Origin: Candidatus Omnitrophota bacterium
GTDB lineage: Bacteria; Omnitrophota; Omnitrophia; Omnitrophales; Aquincolibacteriaceae
Direction: 5' to 3'
Assembly: GCA_903856085.1 (NCBI GenBank)
Contig: CAIOAT010000047.1
Location: forward strand, 20,634 to 84,633
Length of the DNA: 64,000 nt
Below are positions 42,275 to 50,833 of this stretch, one piece after another. Both the position numbers and the translations under genes were made by a program. The notes beneath the pieces were generated by a model, which worked only from the letters and a program-made list of their open reading frames with translations, was not told the origin of the DNA and did no database searches. How positions within the stretch are numbered: position 1 is the stretch's first letter; every line of letters begins with the position of its first letter.

Positions 42275-43631
42275 AAGCATCCTGCTCGTCGATGATGAAG
42301 CGAATGCCCGCAAAGGCATGACGCAATTCCTTCAAGGTTTGGACTACGATGTGATGACTGCCACGAACGGCAAGGAGGGCCTTGAACTTTTTAAAAAGGA
42401 GAGCCCCGACCTTGTCATTTCGGACATTCGAATGCCAGAAATGGATGGCATAGAGCTTCTGGAATCGATCAAAGCCGAAGCCCCTTCCGCAAAAGTCATT
42501 CTTCTCACCGCCTATGGTTCCGTGGAAGATGCTGTCAAGGCCATGAAAAAAGGCGCTTTCTATTATCTAACGAAGCCAGTCAACCTTGAAGAACTTGAAT
42601 TCCTCGTCCGAAAAGCGTTCAGCAGTTATCAGTTGGAAGAAGAAAATCGAGAGCTCAAACAAGAGCTTTTCAGAGAACGCTATGACCAGGGCCGACTGAT
42701 CGCACACTCTCCCAAGATGAAGGAACTTCTCAAGACCGTCGATAAGATCGCGGCCTCCAATGCTTCTGTCCTGATTGAGGGAGAAAGTGGTACCGGCAAA
42801 GAACTCATCGCACGGCGCATTCATGATCTCAGCCCGAGAAAACAACATCCTTTTATTGCAGTCCATTGTGCCGCCTTGACCGAAACGCTTCTTGCCAGCG
42901 AACTCTTCGGCCACGAAAAAGGCGCATTCACCGGCGCCGCGGACAGGAAAAAAGGACGTTTCGAACGTGCGGATCATGGCAGCCTCTTTCTGGACGAAAT
43001 CGGCGAAATCACCCAAGATACCCAGGTGAAGCTTCTTCGGGTGCTCCAGGAAGGAGAGTTTGAACGCGTGGGCGGCACCAAGACGATCAAGGTGGATGTC
43101 CGGCTTATCGCCGCAACAAACAAAACTCTTCTGGACGAAGTGCAACATCAGAAATTCCGGGAGGATCTCTACTACCGTATCAATGTCATTTATCTCAAGA
43201 TTCCACCCCTCCGGGACCGGAAAGAGGATATCCCACCGCTCGTGGATGCCTTTATCCGCCAATATGCTGCGCTCAATGCTAAAAAAATTCATGGCATCGA
43301 AAAAGATGCTCGCGAGGCGCTAGTACAATACGACTGGCCCGGAAATATTCGCGAATTGAAGAATATTGTTGAGCGTATGATCGTTTTAAGTTCCGCGGGT
43401 ATGCTAACTTTAGACCAAGTCCCCGAGGATATCCGACAGGGAAGTCCTCATGTGGCGGGCCCCCTTGGGAATGTTGCGCTGCACGGGATCACAAAAATCA
43501 GCGACGCCGAACAGGAACTCATCCGTAGTGCTCTCCGAGAAACCAAGGGGAACAAGTCCAACGCTGCCGAAAAACTCGGCATCTCGCGAAGAACCCTCTA
43601 CCGAAAGCTTGAGGAATACAAAATCCTTTAA
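42258..43631 (+). CDS. Sigma54-dependent response regulator (NtrC family: REC + AAA+ + Fis-type HTH)
   Basis: LLVDDE phospho-acceptor region, GESGTGKE Walker A, GAFTGA sigma54-contact motif, and a C-terminal HTH. Confidence 0.9.
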   Translation: MIAMFESILLVDDEANARKGMTQFLQGLDYDVMTATNGKEGLELFKKESPDLVISDIRMPEMDGIELLESIKAEAPSAKVILLTAYGSVEDAVKAMKKGAFYYLTKPVNLEELEFLVRKAFSSYQLEEENRELKQELFRERYDQGRLIAHSPKMKELLKTVDKIAASNASVLIEGESGTGKELIARRIHDLSPRKQHPFIAVHCAALTETLLASELFGHEKGAFTGAADRKKGRFERADHGSLFLDEIGEITQDTQVKLLRVLQEGEFERVGGTKTIKVDVRLIAATNKTLLDEVQHQKFREDLYYRINVIYLKIPPLRDRKEDIPPLVDAFIRQYAALNAKKIHGIEKDAREALVQYDWPGNIRELKNIVERMIVLSSAGMLTLDQVPEDIRQGSPHVAGPLGNVALHGITKISDAEQELIRSALRETKGNKSNAAEKLGISRRTLYRKLEEYKIL

Positions 43632-43763
43632 ATTGTTTTGCCGTTTAGTTACACTCTTTGCGTCATTATGGCGCACTCGCACAGTTTGATTCTTGGTCAT
43701 TGATTGAGTGCTATATAACCCATTGAAATTAATAGAGTTACAAAGTCGTAATTTTAAGAACAA

Positions 43764-43778
43764 TGGCATGTTAATTGT
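43764..43778 (+). promoter_or_regulatory. Candidate sigma54 (-24/-12) promoter TGGCATG-N4-TTGT upstream of dnaK
   Basis: Correct -24 GG element and spacing, with a non-canonical -12 (GT instead of GC), about 50 nt before the dnaK ATG. An NtrC-type activator is encoded immediately upstream. Confidence 0.3.
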
Positions 43779-43831
43779 TGTTATAAAGGCGTAAGTGCCG
43801 TAATTAACGAACATAAAAAGGAGAAACTAAC

Positions 43832-45757
43832 ATGGGAAAAATCTTAGGAATTGACTTAGGAACGACTAATTCGTGTATGGCGATTATCGAGGGATCGGAT
43901 CCCAAGGTCATCGAAAACAAGGAAGGCAACCGAACCACACCCTCCATTGTCGCATTCACAAAAAACGGCGAGCAATTGGTGGGACAAACGGCTAAACGCC
44001 AGGCGGTTACGAATCCTGAAAACACGATTTTCAGTGCGAAGCGCTTCATGGGGCGCCGGCAAGAAGAAGCCTCTCACGAATGCCAGCTCGTTCCCTTCAA
44101 GGTGAAGGCCGGCAAACACGGTGAGGCGGTCTTCAATATCCCGCAGGAAAAACGGGATTATACGCCCCCGGAGATCTCGGCGAAAATCCTTCAGAAGCTC
44201 AAGGCCGACGCGGAAATGTATTTAGGGGAACCCATCACGCAGGCCGTGATCACTGTGCCCGCGTATTTTAATGATTCCCAGCGCCAAGCCACCAAAGACG
44301 CTGGACAGATCGCTGGGCTAGAAGTCCTGCGCATCATCAATGAACCGACTGCGGCGGCACTTGCGTACGGTATGGATAAAAAAAAGGATGAAACTATCGC
44401 GGTCTATGACCTTGGCGGCGGAACATTCGATATTTCCATCCTCGATATCGGCGAGGGCGTATTCGAAGTCAAGGCGACGAATGGCGATACACATTTGGGG
44501 GGAGATGACTTCGACCAAAAGGTCATTGATTGGCTCATCGCGGAGTTCAAAAAGACCGATGGTATCGATCTCTCGAAGGATCGCATGGCCATTCAGCGTC
44601 TTAAAGAAGCCGCTGAAAAAGCCAAATGTGAACTCTCCACAGCCCAAAGCACGGAGATCAATTTGCCGTTCATCACAGCCGATGCGTCCGGCCCCAAGCA
44701 TCTGCTCTTGACGCTGACCCGTGCGAAACTCGAGCAATTAGTTGCCGATCTGATCGAACGCACCGTCGCGCCATGCCTGCAAGCGATGAAAGACGCCGGC
44801 GTAAAACCCGAGGACATCGATGAGGTGATCATGGTAGGTGGCATGACCCGTATGCCAGCGGTGGTACAAAAAGCAAAAGATCTTTTCAAAAAGGTCCCGC
44901 ATCAGGGCGTTAACCCGGATGAGGTCGTGGCGATCGGTGCTGCAATTCAGGGAGGCGTTTTAAAAGGAGATGTGAAAGATATCCTTCTCCTGGACGTGAC
45001 TCCGCTTTCACTCGGCATCGAAACACTCGGCGGTGTCATGACCAAGCTGATCGAGCGCAACACCACGATCCCGACACGGAAATCCGAGATCTTCTCAACT
45101 GCCGCGGACAGTCAGACTGCCGTGACAGTGAAAGTTCTTCAGGGCGAACGTGAAATAGCTTCCAACAACCGTGTCCTCGGGCTCTTCAATCTTGAAGGAA
45201 TTCCGCCCGCGCCGCGCGGCGTTCCTCAGGTCGAAGTGACTTTTGATATCGACGCGAACGGTATTGTCCACGTGTCGGCAAAAGATCTCGGCACGGGCAA
45301 GGAACAAAAAATCCGTATCGAGTCTTCGTCCGGACTTTCTAAAGATGAGGTCGAGAAGCTCGTCAAGGAAGGTCAGGCCCATGCGGACGAGGATAAACAA
45401 AAGCATGAAGTTATCACGGCCCGCAACCAGCTCGACAACCTTATCTACGCGACTGAAAAGACCCTGAAAGAACACGGAGACAAGGTCTCGGAAGATGAGA
45501 AAAAGAAAGTCGAAGAGGCCTTGAAGGAAGCGAAAACCTCGCTCACGAGTGAATCCAAGGACGAGCTTGAAAAAGCCGGACAGAAACTCGCGACCGCATC
45601 CCATACCATCGCACAAAAAATGTATGAAGAGGCCGCAAAAAAATCAGGGAACAAAGATGCGGCGACTCCCGGTACCGAAGAAAAAAAAGACGACGGCGTT
45701 GTGGACGCAGACTATGAAGTTGTTGATGACGAGGAAAAGAAGAAGAAAAAAGAGTAA
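43832..45757 (+). CDS. dnaK: Chaperone DnaK (Hsp70)
   Basis: [16 protein letters not shown] and the other canonical Hsp70 motifs, plus a Glu/Lys-rich C-terminus. Confidence 0.97.
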   Translation: MGKILGIDLGTTNSCMAIIEGSDPKVIENKEGNRTTPSIVAFTKNGEQLVGQTAKRQAVTNPENTIFSAKRFMGRRQEEASHECQLVPFKVKAGKHGEAVFNIPQEKRDYTPPEISAKILQKLKADAEMYLGEPITQAVITVPAYFNDSQRQATKDAGQIAGLEVLRIINEPTAAALAYGMDKKKDETIAVYDLGGGTFDISILDIGEGVFEVKATNGDTHLGGDDFDQKVIDWLIAEFKKTDGIDLSKDRMAIQRLKEAAEKAKCELSTAQSTEINLPFITADASGPKHLLLTLTRAKLEQLVADLIERTVAPCLQAMKDAGVKPEDIDEVIMVGGMTRMPAVVQKAKDLFKKVPHQGVNPDEVVAIGAAIQGGVLKGDVKDILLLDVTPLSLGIETLGGVMTKLIERNTTIPTRKSEIFSTAADSQTAVTVKVLQGEREIASNNRVLGLFNLEGIPPAPRGVPQVEVTFDIDANGIVHVSAKDLGTGKEQKIRIESSSGLSKDEVEKLVKEGQAHADEDKQKHEVITARNQLDNLIYATEKTLKEHGDKVSEDEKKKVEEALKEAKTSLTSESKDELEKAGQKLATASHTIAQKMYEEAAKKSGNKDAATPGTEEKKDDGVVDADYEVVDDEEKKKKKE

Positions 45758-45771
45758 GGTGCTCGGGGAAC

Positions 45772-45817
45772 GGGGAACGTTCGGCGTTTAACGCAAGCGT
45801 TCCCCGTTCTGTATTTC
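45772..45817 (+). terminator. Putative Rho-independent terminator of dnaK (GGGGAACG ... CGTTCCCC stem followed by GTTCTGTATTT)
   Basis: A GC-rich inverted repeat 15 nt after the dnaK stop, followed by a T-rich tract. Confidence 0.45.
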
Positions 45818-45845
45818 CCGAAATAAACAGACGAAAGAAGATCTG

Positions 45846-46709
45846 ATGTCTTACGGCATGAAGTGCTTTCTGTTATGCTCGACACTGACGTTTTGCGCGC
45901 TCACACCAATGGGCTTTGCAACTCCTCGTCTCAATATTGAACCTCTCCCCAAACGGATCACCACCGACCAGAGCATTACCCTGAAGATCCGACTCGAATG
46001 GCCGCAGACCGAAGATCCGTACGAAATCAATTCCTTAGAACCGAAACTAGAAAATCTGGTTCTTGAAAATCAAAACCAATCGCAAGAAACGGGTGCGATT
46101 GTTTCTCAAACCTTGCTCTACGAATTCCGCCCTCTGTCTGCAGGAACGGCCGTCATTTATCCCTTTGAGATCAGTTATCGCAAGAGCGATGCGGAACCAT
46201 GGATACCTATCCTCATCCCGGAACGAACGATCAAAGTAGTCTCAAACTTTCTTTCTAAAATGATCCTAATCTGGCTGGGTATAGCGATAGGCCTTTCGGT
46301 GGGAATATTCGCAGGCTTAAAAGGGTGGAAACTTTTGAAAACCCGAGAGGCTATCAGAAATGCTCCGCCGCCAGATCCGAAACAACGTGTTTACGCGAAG
46401 GCAGAGGAATCCATCACGACTTTCACTTCGCCGGATTCTAAAGAAAAAATGACTCATTGGTCCAATCAATTGCGAACCGTTCTCGTGACCTATTATGATG
46501 TCTCCTCCAAGACCACCACGAGTGCGGAGGTTCTTTCAGCCTTGAAAGCCAAGGGACTTCCGACGGGGGAGTGGAACGAGATTTCCCGACTTTTCGAGCA
46601 ACTGACCGAGATGCAATTTTCGCAACAGGACATCCCGGCATACGATCTCGACCGCCTTCAAAAGAGCCTCTTGCAATATGTGAGAGGCAAGATTATCATT
46701 GGGAATTAA
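45846..46709 (+). CDS. Hypothetical membrane protein: signal peptide, ~130 aa extracytoplasmic domain, one TM, ~130 aa cytoplasmic helical domain. It is a paralog-like partner of the ORF at 48834-49781 and possibly BatD/DUF4381-like.
   Basis: Hydrophobic N-terminus and a central TM (ILIWLGIAIGLSVGIFAGL); the same architecture recurs at 48834. Confidence 0.5.
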   Translation: MSYGMKCFLLCSTLTFCALTPMGFATPRLNIEPLPKRITTDQSITLKIRLEWPQTEDPYEINSLEPKLENLVLENQNQSQETGAIVSQTLLYEFRPLSAGTAVIYPFEISYRKSDAEPWIPILIPERTIKVVSNFLSKMILIWLGIAIGLSVGIFAGLKGWKLLKTREAIRNAPPPDPKQRVYAKAEESITTFTSPDSKEKMTHWSNQLRTVLVTYYDVSSKTTTSAEVLSALKAKGLPTGEWNEISRLFEQLTEMQFSQQDIPAYDLDRLQKSLLQYVRGKIIIGN

Positions 46710-46847
46710 TCTCTTAATTCTCTTTCACCCCGTTAGAGATTTCAGCAATCGGGGTGGATTGTTTTGATTCAAAGGGTCCTTGAATTTAACTATGAAACGC
46801 ACCGTTCGGGCTCGGAAGATCTTGAACGATGCAAGAAGGAGAACTTT

Positions 46848-47837
46848 ATGGACAACTCGATCCAAGAAGTAAACGCCAAGATTCGTGATGCTAACTCGTC
46901 TCTGAAAGACCTCACACGCGAGATTGGAAAGGTCATCGTCGGGCAGCAATATCTCGTGGACCGGCTTCTTATGGCTCTTTTAGCGGATGGGCATATCTTG
47001 ATCGAGGGCGTTCCGGGGCTTGCCAAAACTCTTTCCGTCAGAACTCTCTCCCAGGCCATTGACGCTCAATTTCAGCGCATCCAGTTCACCCCCGACCTTT
47101 TACCGGCGGACGTGGTTGGAACCTTGGTCTATAACCCCAAGGATGGTCATTTTACGACCAAAAAGGGCCCTATTTTCACAAATATCGTCCTGGCGGATGA
47201 AATCAACCGGGCTCCTTCTAAGGTCCAAAGCGCGCTTCTGGAAGCCATGCAGGAGCGCCAGGTTACGATTGGGAACGAAACCTTCCCCTTACCGGTCCCG
47301 TTCCTCGTCCTCGCCACCCAGAACCCGATCGAGCAGGAGGGGACCTATCCTCTTCCCGAAGCTCAAGTCGACCGTTTTATGCTGAAGCTCGTTGTTAGCT
47401 ATCCGAGTAAAAAAGAAGAAAAAGAGATCCTGGAGCGCATGGCAATTGGCAAAACCGTCCAGATCAAGCCCGTGTTGGATATCGACCGCATCATAGCCTT
47501 GCGCCAACTCATGCATCAAATTTACATCGATGAAAAAGTGAAGGATTATATCCTTGATCTTGTATTCGCAACGCGCAATCCCCAGGATTACAAGCTCGCG
47601 GATCTGAAACCCCTCATTTCGTACGGAGCTTCGCCGCGTGCGAGCATCATGCTGACATTGGCAGCTAAAGCCAACGCCTTTCTCCAGGGCCGCGGTTATG
47701 TGACCCCGGATGACGTCAAGCAGATCGGAACGGATGTTCTCCGGCATCGTGTGCTCGTAACTTACGAAGCTGAGGCCGAAGACATCACGTCCGACGATCT
47801 TGTGAAGAAGATTTTCGATCAAGTCGAAGTCCCGTAA
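46848..47837 (+). CDS. MoxR-family AAA+ ATPase
   Basis: Walker A LIEGVPGLAKT, Walker B VLADEINRA, ~330 aa. The start is at the internal ATG, which has an AAGGAG RBS. Confidence 0.9.
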   Translation: MDNSIQEVNAKIRDANSSLKDLTREIGKVIVGQQYLVDRLLMALLADGHILIEGVPGLAKTLSVRTLSQAIDAQFQRIQFTPDLLPADVVGTLVYNPKDGHFTTKKGPIFTNIVLADEINRAPSKVQSALLEAMQERQVTIGNETFPLPVPFLVLATQNPIEQEGTYPLPEAQVDRFMLKLVVSYPSKKEEKEILERMAIGKTVQIKPVLDIDRIIALRQLMHQIYIDEKVKDYILDLVFATRNPQDYKLADLKPLISYGASPRASIMLTLAAKANAFLQGRGYVTPDDVKQIGTDVLRHRVLVTYEAEAEDITSDDLVKKIFDQVEVP

Positions 47838-47964
47838 TTCTCTGCGAAACAAGATTGAAATTGCGAAGCGAGAAACAATTTTAAATGTTTCGGATTCTTC
47901 AAAACAAATATTTCCATTTCGAATTCGTTGCTGTTTGATCACTTTACTGGAGTTATCATAATCC

Positions 47965-48837
47965 ATGAGCCTCGCCGCGCTCCTAAAGAAGGTCCGGAAG
48001 ATCGAAATTCGCACGACGCGACTGGTCAACGATCTCTTCGGAGGTGAGTATGAATCCGTCTTTAAAGGCCAGGGGATCGAGTTTTCAGACGTCCGGGAAT
48101 ACGTGCCGGGCGATGATATCCGCACCATTGATTGGAACGTCACCGCGCGCTCACAGAATCCCTTCGTTAAAAAGTTCGTCGAGACCCGCGAACTTACAGT
48201 GCTTTTCGCCGTCGATATGTCCGGCTCCCAATATTTCGGATCGACAGATAAGCTCAAGTCAGAGATCGCTGCGGAGATCACGGCCATTCTCGCTTTTTCC
48301 GCCGTTAAGAATAATGACAAGACCGGACTCCTCATCGCTACGGAGGGCGTTGAGAAATTCATCCCTGTCAAAAAGGGGCGCAATCACGCCCTCCGTGTCA
48401 TCCGCGAAATTCTTGGGTACCAACCCAAGAAAAAAAAGACGCGGCTTGCCGGCGCTCTGGAATATCTCTATCGGGTCCAGACAAGGACTTCGGTCATTTT
48501 TCTGATCTCGGACTTCATGGATGACGGCTATGAAAAAGCTTTAAAAATCCTTAGCCAGAAACACGACGTGATTGCCATCTATCTGCACGACCAACTCGAA
48601 CAACAATTCCCGAAGATCGGACTGGTGGAGCTTGCGGACAGGGAAACAGGGAACACCATGCTTGTTGACACGACCTCGTCCCAATTCCAAGACCGGTTTC
48701 GTCAGACAGCCAATGAAAAACAGATCGCACTCTCCAGACTTTTTAAACGTCTTCAGATCGACTGTATCGATATCCCTGCAAATACTTCCTATGTCGAACC
48801 TCTTTTTAAGTTCTTCAAGGGAAGGGAACGTAAATGA
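47965..48837 (+). CDS. DUF58 protein (the VWA-like partner of MoxR)
   Basis: VREYVPGDDIRTIDWNVTAR signature and the typical MoxR-DUF58 pairing. Confidence 0.85.
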   Translation: MSLAALLKKVRKIEIRTTRLVNDLFGGEYESVFKGQGIEFSDVREYVPGDDIRTIDWNVTARSQNPFVKKFVETRELTVLFAVDMSGSQYFGSTDKLKSEIAAEITAILAFSAVKNNDKTGLLIATEGVEKFIPVKKGRNHALRVIREILGYQPKKKKTRLAGALEYLYRVQTRTSVIFLISDFMDDGYEKALKILSQKHDVIAIYLHDQLEQQFPKIGLVELADRETGNTMLVDTTSSQFQDRFRQTANEKQIALSRLFKRLQIDCIDIPANTSYVEPLFKFFKGRERK

Positions 48838-49781
48838 GAAAGTCATTTTTCTTTGCGCTTCTGTTTGTCGCAGCTTTTTGCGTCCCTTGCCTTGCGGCAA
48901 ATACAGACGACATTCGCGTCAAAGCCGAGGTCGATAAAGCATTCCTCACGATCGGTGACCCGGTCACCTACACCGTTACCGTCGAGCATTCTCCGGACAT
49001 CCGAATCCTTTCCGAGATCCCTGCGCCTTCTTCGGATATCCTCGAGATCAAGAAAGTCGAAGACATCCATAAAAAACTAAAGAAAAATATTGTTACAGGC
49101 CGTAAATTCATCCTCACAAGCTATCGGCTTGGCGAATTCGTCCTCGATCCTGTGATCCTCAAATACCAAAAGGATGGACAGCCCGAGAAAAGCATTCCAA
49201 CGAACAAACTCTACCTGACTGTCAAAAGTGTTACGAATGGTGCTCCCCAAGAAGATATCCGCGATGTTAAATCCGTTGTTCCGTACAAACTGCACCTGGG
49301 AAAATTCCTCTGGACACTTCTTGCCCTGTCGCTTCTCATGGCCGGCTACTTCCTCTACCGTGCTCTTCGCAAGAAAAAGAATGTGTTTCAACCCGCGCCT
49401 TCGCCTTTGACAGCTGAAGAGGAGGCTTTTCTGCATCTCGGGGAACTTTTCGAATCCGATCTTCTCAAGCGCGGGCTCATCAAAATGTATTACTTGCGTC
49501 TTTCCGAGATTTTGCGGGTCTATTTTGAAAAACGCTATCAGATCCTTGCGGTAGAATTAACCACCGTCGAAATCCTTCGCGCTCTCCGGCCCCAGCATCT
49601 TGAGACCGGCCTTTATCAGAAGATCCAGTATGTCCTCGACGCCTCAGATCTTGCGAAATTCGCAAAGTGGATCCCCACGGCTCCTGAGATCATGCAGATC
49701 AACAAGAAAGCCGAAGAGATCATCAAAGAATCCGTTCCGGTCCTAGAGCAAGCCCTTGCAGAGGCATCCCATGGTGTTTAG
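48834..49781 (+). CDS. Hypothetical membrane protein with a signal peptide, an extracytoplasmic beta-rich domain, one TM and a cytoplasmic helical domain (DUF4381-like, as found in Bat operons)
   Basis: N-terminal signal (FALLFVAAFCVPCLA), a TM (FLWTLLALSLLMAGYFLY), and its position between DUF58 and BatA. Confidence 0.55.
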   Translation: MRKSFFFALLFVAAFCVPCLAANTDDIRVKAEVDKAFLTIGDPVTYTVTVEHSPDIRILSEIPAPSSDILEIKKVEDIHKKLKKNIVTGRKFILTSYRLGEFVLDPVILKYQKDGQPEKSIPTNKLYLTVKSVTNGAPQEDIRDVKSVVPYKLHLGKFLWTLLALSLLMAGYFLYRALRKKKNVFQPAPSPLTAEEEAFLHLGELFESDLLKRGLIKMYYLRLSEILRVYFEKRYQILAVELTTVEILRALRPQHLETGLYQKIQYVLDASDLAKFAKWIPTAPEIMQINKKAEEIIKESVPVLEQALAEASHGV

Positions 49782-50751
49782 GTACCCGGTATTCTTTCTT
49801 CTTTTGCTTCTCCTGCCACCCCTCTTTCTTTGGGCCAAACGGCGCGAAAAGCTCGAATTCGCATTCTCATCCTTTGAACTTCTCAAAGGGCAGTCCACGA
49901 CACCGCGGATGTTTCTATCTAAAACCCTGCCGTTCCTGCGTGCCGCAATATTACTGCTTGTGATTGCCGCGCTCGCACGACCGTCCAGCGTCTCCAGCGA
50001 CAAGGAATACACGACCCGTGGGGTAGATATCATGATCGCTCTCGACATCTCGGGCTCCATGCTGGCAGAAGATTTTCAGCCCGAGAACCGTGTTTATGTC
50101 GCCAAGCAAGAGGCTATCAATTTCATCAAAGGGCGCGAGAACGACCGAGTCGGGCTCGTGGTTTTTGCCAAAAAAGCGTTTACGCAGTGTCCGCTTACCC
50201 TGGATTATCGCATTCTGACCGAGTTGCTGGCCGAGATCCGGGTCGGTATGATTGCGGATGGCACCGCTATCGGCATGGGCCTCGCGACCGCCGTAAATCG
50301 TCTCCGGGACAGCAACGCGAAAAGCAAGATCATTATCCTGATCACGGACGGTGAAAATAATGCCGGCAATATCGACCCGGTTACCGCCGCGGAGCTTGCC
50401 AAAAGCTTTGGCATCAGAGTCTACACAATCGGAGTCGGCAAGGGTGGGATGGTGCCATTCCCGGTCGATGACCCACTTTTTGGCAAACGTTATGTTCAGG
50501 CCAACGTTGAAATCGACGAGACAACCCTGAAGCGCATCGCCGACATTACCGGCGGCCTTTTCTTCCGGGCGCGCGATTCTGGGGCGCTCTCTGAGATCTA
50601 TGAACGGATCAATAAACTTGAAAAAAGCGACGTCAAGGTCAAGGAATATAGAAGTTATAATGAGATGTTCCCGATATTCTTGATCCCCGCACTTTTTTTA
50701 CTCCTAATTGAGATCTTGTTACGTCGAACAGTGCTTTTGAAGGTGCCCTGA
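49756..50751 (+). CDS. BatA-like membrane-anchored von Willebrand factor A domain protein
   Basis: Two N-terminal TM helices, a VWA MIDAS motif DIMIALDISGSM, ITDGENN, and a C-terminal TM. Confidence 0.8.
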   Translation: MQRHPMVFRYPVFFLLLLLLPPLFLWAKRREKLEFAFSSFELLKGQSTTPRMFLSKTLPFLRAAILLLVIAALARPSSVSSDKEYTTRGVDIMIALDISGSMLAEDFQPENRVYVAKQEAINFIKGRENDRVGLVVFAKKAFTQCPLTLDYRILTELLAEIRVGMIADGTAIGMGLATAVNRLRDSNAKSKIIILITDGENNAGNIDPVTAAELAKSFGIRVYTIGVGKGGMVPFPVDDPLFGKRYVQANVEIDETTLKRIADITGGLFFRARDSGALSEIYERINKLEKSDVKVKEYRSYNEMFPIFLIPALFLLLIEILLRRTVLLKVP

Positions 50752-50833
50752 TGGATATCTTTATTTTCCAGATGATTCATGAGGGCAACACTGACTTCCC
50801 GATATTTTTTTCAATGGAAAGCCAGGTGCCCTG

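Noticed and set aside
43632-43760. CIRCE/HrcA operator or sigma32 promoter upstream of dnaK (GCGCACTC ... GAGTGCTA inverted repeat; CTTGGTC ... ACCCATTG).
   Set aside because: The inverted-repeat spacer is about 27 nt, not the canonical 9 nt of CIRCE (TTAGCACTC-N9-GAGTGCTAA). The sigma32-like hexamers are poorly matched and 19 nt apart.
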